Below are positions 29,217 to 37,629 of a stretch of 64,000 nt of DNA, piece by piece; within the stretch, counting starts at the first letter, position 1; every line of letters begins with the position of its first letter. The position numbers were made by a program, and so were the translations under genes. Where the stretch lies: positions 3,798,000-3,861,999 of the forward strand of contig NZ_AP025305.1 in the NCBI RefSeq assembly GCF_036492635.1. The letters run 5' to 3'. The DNA is from Aureibacter tunicatorum (GTDB taxonomy: Bacteria; Bacteroidota; Bacteroidia; Cytophagales; Cyclobacteriaceae). The notes under the pieces were generated by a model. The model made no database searches, was not told where the DNA came from, and saw nothing but the letters and a program-made list of their open reading frames with translations.

Positions 29217-30820
29217 ATCAAATACAACCTAACAGCTCTAAATTCCCTCTCTTCGTCTTCCAGATGATATTTAAACGTCGTCTTGGCATGCTGTATATGC
29301 ACTCCGCCGGGACGCATCGCGCAAACCACTGTCTTGTCATCTAACTCTTCCTCCTCTTGATCCCAATGGCTTCTAGGCTTCACATGTATGGCTCCCGTGC
29401 TTTCATCCACATGATCAAAGAAAATCGTCAATACATGAAGCTTTCTGTATTCTTCATCGGTAACATCTCTCCAGATAATCTCTTCCTCTTCCATACGGTC
29501 CGGTATCTGATGATGCTTTTGCCACTGGTGATGATCGTCTCTAAGAGCATTCTGATAGAACAAGGCTGCAATAATCTCTGTCGAATTCCCTAAACCAACA
29601 TCTATAAATCGTTGCAGATTATCATTGAACAAAATCGCCAGCGACTCTGGCCGGTCAATATGCAAAAGCACTGGCTTCTCCCATTCTACCCGACAGTTGA
29701 CAAATGTGCGAATTTGCTGGATTTCCTGTATGGTATAAAACTCGTCAATACTGGCATAACCTTTTCGCTGAACACGCTTGAAAGCTTCATTGATAACTTC
29801 TCCATTAATATTAAACTGGTAGTGCCTGTTGGCAAGCATCAATCGCTTCTGGATGCTCTTCTGCAATCTCGCCGGCCTTAAGACTTTTATCGCCTCTCCA
29901 AAACCCAATATCTCTTTTTCTAATTCATAGTTAAGTTGTAAATACATTGAAACTACAATTCCTCCAGGAAGATCTCGAACCTTCTTTTGCGAATGATGAA
30001 TTGGTTTGGTCAATACATAAGGAGCGTGTTTCTTTTCCACAAACAGTTCTATACGCTCAATCTTCGGCTCATATTCGACACTCACTCCGATCGCGTGTTT
30101 GAAGTAATCAACCAAATCCCAACGCGTATTGCCTATATAATCACATTCACTATTATCCAAATTGATAATCCTGTCAAATGCCAACAGCATGGGGTTTTGC
30201 TTTGCATTCTTGAACCCAAGCACAAACCAACGATTCCTGAACTCTTTCAATAACTGCGGATGAAAGTCAAAAGTGCTTTCCTCTCTGGCTTTGAATGATT
30301 TATAAGTCAGCTTTATGGATCTTTTATGCAATACAGATTCATACAAGGGTTCTAGATACTCCAAGCCCTTCAATTCATTATTGGTCTCAAACTGAATAAT
30401 CGGCATTTGATTATCTCGCTTGGACTGAACAGAATCTTCCAGCTTCTGTATCATGCCCGACAATTCTTGCACTTGCGTAAACCCTTTGAACTGCTTCAAT
30501 ATATCCACCGCATCGGATAGCTTGCGCAAATCCTGATCTGTCAGCGGAATATTTGTAATCGAATAATTCGGATCCTCATAAGTATAGTACTTTCTGTCTT
30601 TGACAATGATCGGAGCATTGTACCCCAGCTTGTCACTTCGCATCATCTGAATGTCAAGCTGTACTGTTCGTTTGCTCACTCCTTTGTCTATTCCTTCATA
30701 TTCGTACAATGCTTCCGAACAAGCTTCCACCAAGTCATCCAAGGTCCATTGCCTGAAGCGATTTTTCAAACATTGATCAATAGTCTTATAGCGCACTAGT
30801 GCGTTTCTATTTGCCGGCAT
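29213..30820 (-). CDS. HTH plus WYL domain regulator fused to a C-terminal PhyH-like Fe(II)/2-oxoglutarate dioxygenase domain
   Basis: N-terminal 'GVSKRTVQLDIQMMRSDKLGYNAPII' (HTH_11-like). WYL core 'IKLTYKSF...NRWFVLGF...MLLAFDRIINLD'. C-terminal 'FFDHVDESTGAIHVKPRSH...GGVHIQHAKTTF' resembles the PhyH 'NGxLxVIPGSH' region. Confidence 0.6.
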   Translation of the reverse strand: MPANRNALVRYKTIDQCLKNRFRQWTLDDLVEACSEALYEYEGIDKGVSKRTVQLDIQMMRSDKLGYNAPIIVKDRKYYTYEDPNYSITNIPLTDQDLRKLSDAVDILKQFKGFTQVQELSGMIQKLEDSVQSKRDNQMPIIQFETNNELKGLEYLEPLYESVLHKRSIKLTYKSFKAREESTFDFHPQLLKEFRNRWFVLGFKNAKQNPMLLAFDRIINLDNSECDYIGNTRWDLVDYFKHAIGVSVEYEPKIERIELFVEKKHAPYVLTKPIHHSQKKVRDLPGGIVVSMYLQLNYELEKEILGFGEAIKVLRPARLQKSIQKRLMLANRHYQFNINGEVINEAFKRVQRKGYASIDEFYTIQEIQQIRTFVNCRVEWEKPVLLHIDRPESLAILFNDNLQRFIDVGLGNSTEIIAALFYQNALRDDHHQWQKHHQIPDRMEEEEIIWRDVTDEEYRKLHVLTIFFDHVDESTGAIHVKPRSHWDQEEEELDDKTVVCAMRPGGVHIQHAKTTFKYHLEDEEREFRAVRLYLI

Positions 30821-30905
30821 AAATATTTTTTTTACAAAAAATCAGCTCTGAGACATGAATGAAAGCTGTTTAAAATGAAAATTTAAAGAAATTACATATT
30901 TTTTT

Positions 30906-30950
30906 TTACTGCGCAAAAAGATTGCGCATTGGCTTTTCAACTTTGTAATG
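30906..30950 (+). promoter_or_regulatory. Palindrome-containing promoter/operator motif, copy A (upstream of the tRNA-like RNA locus)
   Basis: ttactGCGCAAaaagaTTGCGCAtt...ctttgtaa. About 85% identical to 35210..35250. Confidence 0.55.
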
Positions 30951-31034
30951 AATCAAGGAAACAATCGGATGTTTCTGTACAGCATCAAGGAATCCGCCGG
31001 TAGGTTAGGATTTTCCTGATTGTGGAAGTTGGTT

Positions 31035-31215
31035 CTCTGGCTTAGCAGGTCGGAGGTTCGAATCCTCCCTTTGACTTATGGTCAAGGTAGTTCAGCAGGT
31101 TAGAACAGCTAAATTTATAGTCGTGTGGGTTCAAATCCCACCTCCTCTCGAAGGAGTGGTGGAATTGGTAGACACCTCAAATTGCAAATTTGATGACTCG
31201 GAAGTCTATGACTTC
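31035..31215 (+). ncRNA. Structured RNA built from tRNA-like modules in permuted order (tRNA-mimic / Y-RNA-like, or permuted tRNA halves)
   Basis: T-arm-acceptor hairpin-D-arm order repeated twice, followed by a type-II-like anticodon arm. Elements detailed in the first finding. Confidence 0.45.
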
Positions 31216-31450
31216 AATTTATTGACCTAAAGAACAAGGCTTTGCATTATCGGCTTTAAGCAAACGGCTCAAAGCAATTTTTAATTCGTCAGAAAATAGC
31301 GGATACCGTCTAAAGAAATTTTATTCTCTTTTGATTCGATTCATACAGACAATAAAATGAGCTTTTTTCTTAAGCCTTTTTCCATGAATTGAAAATGATA
31401 ATGCACCGTTTTGTTCTTTTTAATGTGTAACAACATAATACTTATATAAA

Positions 31451-32551
31451 ATGAAACCAATAAAAATCAATGAAGGAAACATAGGAATGATCTTCAAAAG
31501 TGGAGATTTCAATAAACTTTTGAAAGCAGGAAAGCACTGGATTAGCTTTAATGATTCAGTGGAAATCCATAATATGGCGAAGCCTTTCCAAAGCGACATT
31601 CCTCTAAATGTATTGCTAAAGCATGACGATTTCAAAAACGCTATAGAAGTAATTGAAGTCAATGACGACCAACTTGTTCTTCGATATGAAGACGGTGCCT
31701 TCAGCGAAGTATTGAGAGCTGGAAAATACGCATATTGGAAAGGTATTGCCAACCATTCATTTCAATATTGTGATTTGAAAGAAGCTAGAGTTCCAGCCGA
31801 GATCAGCTTGAACGTATTAAAAACCATGGCATTAAAGCTTTTGACTAAAGAAATTGAAATTCAACCCTTTGAAAAGGCATTGCTTTACATTGATGGAAAA
31901 TTGGATTCAGAATTAAAACAAGGAGCTCATTATTTTTGGTCTAACAGCAAAAATATTCAAATCCAACGCATAGATACCAGAACTCAAACATTGGAGATTT
32001 CAGGACAAGAGATTTTGACACAAGACAAGGTAAATCTGAGGATTAACTTTTCGGCGCAATATCAAGTATATGATATTTATCTTGCGAGAGAAAAGACCAA
32101 GGAATTTGAAACTCAATTATATCAAATGTTTCAGCTTGCTCTGAGAGAATATGTCGGTACCTTGCCTTTGGACGAACTATTGGCAAAAAAAGAATCGGTC
32201 TCTGAATTTATCATCAACCATCTTTCTGCGAAGACCAAAGAAATCGGCGTAAGAATTCTTGATTGCGGAGTAAGAGATCTGATATTGCCGGGAGAAGTAA
32301 AGGAAATAATGAATCAGGTGTTGATCGCTCAGAAAAAAGCTCAAGCGAATATCATCACCCGAAGAGAAGAAACAGCATCCACTAGAAGCTTGCTCAACAC
32401 CGCCAAGCTAATGGAAGACAACCCGATGCTATTCAAGCTCAAAGAAATGGAATACGTGGAAAAAATCTCTGAGAAAATCAGCGAAATTACACTATCCAAC
32501 GGAGGCCAGATCATCGACCAGCTTAGAGGAATGTTTGGCACTGCAAAGTAA
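31451..32551 (+). CDS. SPFH/band-7 (stomatin/prohibitin/flotillin/HflKC) domain protein
   Basis: 'ILTQDKVNLRINFSAQYQVYD...LREYVGTLPLDELLAKKES...IGVRILDCGVRDLILPGEV' band-7 core. Confidence 0.65.
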   Translation: MKPIKINEGNIGMIFKSGDFNKLLKAGKHWISFNDSVEIHNMAKPFQSDIPLNVLLKHDDFKNAIEVIEVNDDQLVLRYEDGAFSEVLRAGKYAYWKGIANHSFQYCDLKEARVPAEISLNVLKTMALKLLTKEIEIQPFEKALLYIDGKLDSELKQGAHYFWSNSKNIQIQRIDTRTQTLEISGQEILTQDKVNLRINFSAQYQVYDIYLAREKTKEFETQLYQMFQLALREYVGTLPLDELLAKKESVSEFIINHLSAKTKEIGVRILDCGVRDLILPGEVKEIMNQVLIAQKKAQANIITRREETASTRSLLNTAKLMEDNPMLFKLKEMEYVEKISEKISEITLSNGGQIIDQLRGMFGTAK

Positions 32552-32593
32552 AAAACCAGAAACCTAAAATTATAAAAAACTACAAACCCAATA

Positions 32594-33217
32594 TTGCCTT
32601 TGAATATAGAAACAACACTCAACATAGACCATAACCTTAAGGAAATGATCTTCAGCACTGCTGTTGGAGATCTTTCCTTCACCTACTTTGAGCATTGGCT
32701 GCTTAACCAAAGCCAATACCACAACCTTATTGCTGAGGATTTATTTTTCTTGAATCTTTACAGCATGGATTACCAAGACAAAGGAATTCAAGAAGAATTT
32801 GAAAAGACTATTCTAGAACACCTTGACCAAAATGAATTTGAATTATTCAAAATCAAACACATACTCAATAAAATCACTGAAGATGAAAGTCAGATAGAAC
32901 GTTTGCTTCAAGTTTGCTTGGATTGGAAAAATAACGATATGGAATGGATCAAACGATTTGGGTATCATTTATATGATTTTAGCGAATATGAATTCTATGG
33001 GTATTCGAAAAAAGAATTAATCAATAAGATTCAACGAGAAGCAAAAGATTTGCTCTCCGCATTGCAAGACGATAACCACATTCATAAAAACATAGAATTT
33101 CGGCCGAATCGATTCACTACAATTCGTCCAAAAAGTATAAAAATCAAAATCCTCAACCGGAGAAGAAAAAGAAGAAAATCAGTATTAGAGAGACTAAGAA
33201 ACATGTTAAATAGATGA
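32594..33217 (+). CDS. Hypothetical protein with strongly basic C-terminal tail (KILNRRRKRRKSVLERLRNMLNR)
   Basis: 207-aa ORF following the SPFH gene. No recognised domain. Confidence 0.45.
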   Translation: MPLNIETTLNIDHNLKEMIFSTAVGDLSFTYFEHWLLNQSQYHNLIAEDLFFLNLYSMDYQDKGIQEEFEKTILEHLDQNEFELFKIKHILNKITEDESQIERLLQVCLDWKNNDMEWIKRFGYHLYDFSEYEFYGYSKKELINKIQREAKDLLSALQDDNHIHKNIEFRPNRFTTIRPKSIKIKILNRRRKRRKSVLERLRNMLNR

Positions 33218-33223
33218 TATTTA

Positions 33224-34297
33224 TTAATTATTTTGATAAAAATATGGGTAAATTATTTTTTCCCATGTTTTTCCTCCGTCTTTTGTCATCATTAAAACAT
33301 TTCCTGAATTCACAATTCCTATTTCTTTGTTAATAAAAGATACGTTTAAAATATTTTGCAAATAAAAAAAATGCTCCCATGTTGCCCCGGAATCATTAGA
33401 AATGTAAATATCATTCGCAGCATAAGCCATTAAATAGTTAGAATCTAATTGAATTACTTTGCTTATATTCTTTCCATCAATGATTTTAATATTTATTTCT
33501 TCAAATTCATTTCCAACCTTTCTATATATTGCAGCCCCATCTGTTAAAAACAATTGTTCTCCATCGCTATTCACAAAAATAATCTCTCTTTTTTCAGGAT
33601 TAGCAAATAAACTCTGTTCCCATGTTCTTCCAAAATCTAGAGAATAATAAATAGTATTATCCTCTTCAAAACTACTATGACTTTTATTAATCAAGCTTAT
33701 ATAAATAGCGCCTGATGAGTTTGCATGAACATCAATTCCCAAATGATTCTCAAAATAATTTATTAATCTCTTTTCTTTTTTAACAAAATCATATTCATAA
33801 ATTCTACTGTCCTCTTTATTCTCACTAACAAGCAAATAAACTCTATCTTTTACAAGTTTGTAAGACTTGAGACTTTCTCCTACATTTAAACGAAACTCTA
33901 TATCCTCCCAACTATCACCTCCATCTACAGTGTAAATAAAGCTAAGGTATTTAGTTTTATAGTTTTGATTAATTAGAAAAAAAGCATATTCCTCATCCAT
34001 ATAAATTAATGGATAATCATTAAGTATAATTTCATCGTCCAAAGTTTGTGTGTCAAAACTTTCAAACCAATTATTAGTGGTAAAGAAATATCCATTTGCA
34101 TACCCATAAATTATTGAATCATTAGTTAATCGAGCGTAAAGATCTTGACCTTCTGTTAACAATTCAATTTCTGGATTAATAGTAACTGTTTCATACAAAG
34201 AATTTACTTTATCAAAAACTAAATCTTCTGAATCTCCACATGAGCAACATAACAAACATAAAAAAACAACAATATTTAAATTAATACCTCTATGCAT
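33224..34297 (-). CDS. Secreted BNR/Asp-box repeat protein
   Basis: Signal peptide. Four S-x-D-x-G-x-T-W boxes ('TVDGGDSWE', 'SLDFGRTWE', 'SNDSGATWE', 'TKDGGKTWE'). Confidence 0.65.
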   Translation of the reverse strand: MHRGINLNIVVFLCLLCCSCGDSEDLVFDKVNSLYETVTINPEIELLTEGQDLYARLTNDSIIYGYANGYFFTTNNWFESFDTQTLDDEIILNDYPLIYMDEEYAFFLINQNYKTKYLSFIYTVDGGDSWEDIEFRLNVGESLKSYKLVKDRVYLLVSENKEDSRIYEYDFVKKEKRLINYFENHLGIDVHANSSGAIYISLINKSHSSFEEDNTIYYSLDFGRTWEQSLFANPEKREIIFVNSDGEQLFLTDGAAIYRKVGNEFEEINIKIIDGKNISKVIQLDSNYLMAYAANDIYISNDSGATWEHFFYLQNILNVSFINKEIGIVNSGNVLMMTKDGGKTWEKIIYPYFYQNN

Positions 34298-34316
34298 TTA
34301 TCCTCTTTTAAGTGCT

Positions 34317-35051
34317 TCAATTATTGTATCTCGCATCATTTTTTATAATTGGCGGTCTTTTTTTAATAGGCGAAGAATATCCTAAAGTCAAAGAAATATT
34401 ATCTATATTATACCTTACTTTACTCTTCTCTTCATATACTTGCCTATGTTCCAAATTATAAATAGCATCATAATCTATTTCTAAATATGGTCGAAAAATC
34501 TCATAATTAACTTTCAAAAATAAACGACCATATCTCACTTTCACACCTGATACCATTGAAAGTCCCATACCATCCAAAAGGTGTTTCGACTTCGCTGTTT
34601 TTTTACCAGTTATTCCAATAGTTTTCAATTCATCAGAATAATAGGTATAGGTAAAATAATTTTTCACATAATTATGCTTTAATGATAATGTTGGTCGTAT
34701 TTCAAATGAGTTTCTTTTAAAAATATTATAGCTCATTTCTGCTCCTAAATTCCAATGAGTCAATACCTCATAAAGAGTCCCTGAGCTTCTTGTATAAATT
34801 GAATTAACTTTCTTTGAAGATCTTTTTATTCCGAACTCTGGTTTAATGAACAACTTCCTTTTCAATACATTTATATCCAATCCAACTGTGCCATTAAATG
34901 CCAAATTCATAGACTGATTTATATCCTTATGTTGTGGAAGAGAAATACCAAAATCAGCTTCAAAACTCTGATTCACCTCTTGAGCATATACATTTTCACA
35001 AAAACTAAACAATAATACAATACAAAGTATTGTCATTTTTATTAATCTCAT
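34317..35051 (-). CDS. Outer-membrane beta-barrel (porin-family) protein
   Basis: Signal 'MRLIKMTILCIVLLFSFCENVYAQ' with beta-strand periodicity. Similar class to 8450..9076. Confidence 0.5.
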   Translation of the reverse strand: MRLIKMTILCIVLLFSFCENVYAQEVNQSFEADFGISLPQHKDINQSMNLAFNGTVGLDINVLKRKLFIKPEFGIKRSSKKVNSIYTRSSGTLYEVLTHWNLGAEMSYNIFKRNSFEIRPTLSLKHNYVKNYFTYTYYSDELKTIGITGKKTAKSKHLLDGMGLSMVSGVKVRYGRLFLKVNYEIFRPYLEIDYDAIYNLEHRQVYEEKSKVRYNIDNISLTLGYSSPIKKRPPIIKNDARYNN

Positions 35052-35209
35052 ATCACCATCTTACATTCAAGACGTAATAATAAAACAATAAAATATAATT
35101 TTACTTCATTTATCAAACATATCATTAATCTTGTAAAAATAAGTCAAAAACCAACATGATTATATTCAATTTTCAATTCTATTTTTAAAAGGAGTTCATT
35201 TTTTTCTTA

Positions 35210-35250
35210 CTACGCAAAAAGATTGCGCAATAATGCTTCTATTTTGTAAA
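35210..35250 (+). promoter_or_regulatory. Palindrome-containing promoter/operator motif, copy B (immediately upstream of rtcB)
   Basis: ttactaCGCAAaaagaTTGCGCAat...ttttgtaa. ATG of rtcB lies 25 bp downstream. Confidence 0.55.
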
Positions 35251-35274
35251 AGACATTTTATTTAAACAAAGTAC

Positions 35275-36435
35275 ATGAAAAAAGTAATCAGCACGGAAAA
35301 ACGGCCAATCAAACTTTGGCTGGATGATATAGAAAACGGCGCCTTAGAGCAAGCCAAAAACCTTGCGAACCTTCCCTTTGCATTCAAACATATTCCATTG
35401 ATGCCGGACAGTCATCAAGGCTATGGCATGCCTATAGGCTCGGTATTAGCGACCAAGGAAGTAGTAGTGCCCAATGCTGTCGGCGTTGATATCGGTTGCG
35501 GGATGTGCGCATTGCCAACGAGCCTTAAAAATATAGAAAAAGACAATCTTAAAGCGATCTTGGGTGAAGCTCGTAAACGAATTCCTGTTGGAATGAATTG
35601 GCATAAAGAATCTCAAGGAGAAGAGCGAATGCCAGAAGGAGCTGACAGCTTGGAAATCGTCTCGCAAGGCTACAACAAAGCTTTGAAGCAAATCGGAACT
35701 TTGGGAGGAGGCAACCATTTTGTGGAAATCCAGCAAGGCTCTGACGGACATATTTGGCTGATGATTCACTCTGGAAGCCGTAACCTTGGCGCTAAAGTAG
35801 CAGACCATTATAACAAGCTGGCAAAGCGTCTGAATGAAAGGTACTTTTCAGTAGTGGACAAGAAAACGGATTTGGCATTTTTACCCATTGAAACTCCCGA
35901 AGCCAAAAACTATCTTAAAGAAATGAACTATTGCATCGAGTTTGCGCTTGCCAATAGAAAATTAATGATGGAGCGTCTAGTAGAAGCTATGCAAGCTGTC
36001 TTGGGAGAATTTGAAACAGGAGAAATGATCAATAAATCGCACAATCTGGCGACTTGGGAAAACCATTTTGGCGAAAATGTGCTCGTGCATCGTAAAGGAG
36101 CAACTCCTGCCTTTGAGGGCGAACTAGGCATGATACCAGGATCCCAGGGGACGAGTTCATATATCGTCAAAGGATTGGGAAATCCTGAAAGTTTCAAATC
36201 TTGTTCTCACGGTGCAGGAAGAAAGCTGGGCAGAAAGCAAGCTCAGCGTACTTTGGATCTGAAAGAAGAAATTCAATACCTGAATGACAAAGGCATCGTA
36301 CATGCCGTAAGAAACAAAAGCGATCTTGACGAGGCGGTAAGCGCCTACAAAAACATCGACGAAGTCATGGAAAATCAAAAGGACCTTGCCGAAATTGTTG
36401 TACAACTTTCGCCATTAGCTGTATTGAAGGGATAA
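35275..36435 (+). CDS. rtcB: RNA-splicing ligase RtcB (3'-phosphate/5'-OH RNA ligase)
   Basis: 'MPDSHQGYGMPIGSVL', 'VGVDIGCGMC', 'GGGNHFVEIQ', 'SHGAGR' RtcB metal- and GMP-binding motifs. Confidence 0.85.
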   Translation: MKKVISTEKRPIKLWLDDIENGALEQAKNLANLPFAFKHIPLMPDSHQGYGMPIGSVLATKEVVVPNAVGVDIGCGMCALPTSLKNIEKDNLKAILGEARKRIPVGMNWHKESQGEERMPEGADSLEIVSQGYNKALKQIGTLGGGNHFVEIQQGSDGHIWLMIHSGSRNLGAKVADHYNKLAKRLNERYFSVVDKKTDLAFLPIETPEAKNYLKEMNYCIEFALANRKLMMERLVEAMQAVLGEFETGEMINKSHNLATWENHFGENVLVHRKGATPAFEGELGMIPGSQGTSSYIVKGLGNPESFKSCSHGAGRKLGRKQAQRTLDLKEEIQYLNDKGIVHAVRNKSDLDEAVSAYKNIDEVMENQKDLAEIVVQLSPLAVLKG

Positions 36436-36476
36436 TAATCGGCTGTCAATAAGATCATTTATTGATGGCTGATTTT

Positions 36477-36761
36477 TTAATTTAATCCTAACTCAAACCT
36501 CAAAAATAAATACATGCCCAATAAAATCAACCCAATGAATGCAACATCAATTCTTTTCTTAGAGTAAGCTAAATATCCAAGAATACAAATCTGACTTATG
36601 GATGTCAAATCAATATTAAACTCCGGAGCATTAGCACTCGCTCCCCAGCCAAGAACCAAAAATTCGAAAAATATAGAAGCATATGCCAACCCTATAAATA
36701 TCAAGATATTTAGCGTTGCTAGCAAAATTATTCTTATGTATATATTTTTAGACAAGTTCAT
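36477..36761 (-). CDS. Hypothetical small membrane protein
   Basis: 94 aa with three hydrophobic segments, in an AT-rich region. Confidence 0.3.
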   Translation of the reverse strand: MNLSKNIYIRIILLATLNILIFIGLAYASIFFEFLVLGWGASANAPEFNIDLTSISQICILGYLAYSKKRIDVAFIGLILLGMYLFLRFELGLN

Positions 36762-37629
36762 AGTGATTAATCAAATTATAAAAGTAGTTTAAAAAGCTAT
36801 GCATTTGCATTAATTCCCAAATGCACCTTAAAAATATCATGCAACTGATCTATTTCAATATTCTCAAATTCAGCGATTGTGTTATAATTGTCAGTATTTA
36901 TATTTCCACCTTCTACAGAAACAAAAAAGTTTTATCACTTTTTAATGTGGACACATATATCATTTTTGAATCATCCAAATTCAAGAAACCAATCGTTTCC
37001 AAATCTGCTTCCCAAAAATCTTTGACTTTAAAATGACTTGCAAACTTGAAATCCAAATAGTTAATCAAGTTTAATATTTTCCAGCTTTTATTCATATTCA
37101 CAATACTAGCTAATAAAGTTAAAGCATTTATAATAAGTCCCTCCTTCTATAAATTCGCTTTTCAAAAGAGTTGCATAAATATTAAACCCTAACTAATCCA
37201 TCAAATGAACACATTAAATATAGTTTCAGGCTCATCATAGCAAACCACCCTCAAAAAAATCTTGCTCCTAAAAAATCTTATATGGGGAAACCAGCTTTAA
37301 AACTTTATTATCAAAACTTTTACTCCAAATCAACCATTATCGCCAAACAAAATTTCACAAAATGTCATGATTTTTCTTTAATAAAACAATTAATATTACA
37401 TACTTGAAATAAAAAAATAGAGGTAACATAGTGCAATTCCAATGAATAAAAGCCTCTATATAATAGACTATCAATCAATACAATAGAATTTCTTCAATAT
37501 TCTTACATCTTGGCTAATTAAAGTTTTTTTTTCAAAACAAAAAATCAATAATATTTGCATCAGCATGCAAACAAGGAAAATATTATCGATAATTTTTTTA
37601 ATTACTTTACAACTTTTCAAACAAAACCA

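Noticed and set aside
31035-31150. tmRNA (ssrA), including permuted two-piece tmRNA, as an explanation for the T-arm plus acceptor-hairpin arrangement
   Set aside because: The acceptor-like stems lack the G3-U70 alanine identity pair and CCA-proximal sequence of tmRNA. There is no tag-peptide reading frame or pseudoknot-rich body.
31081-31150. Ordinary tRNA gene spanning 31081-31150 (acceptor 5' strand through T-arm)
   Set aside because: Only 69 nt. There is no foldable anticodon arm between the D-arm and T-arm, and its 3' strand (CTCCTCT) does not pair with its 5' strand (GTCAAGG).
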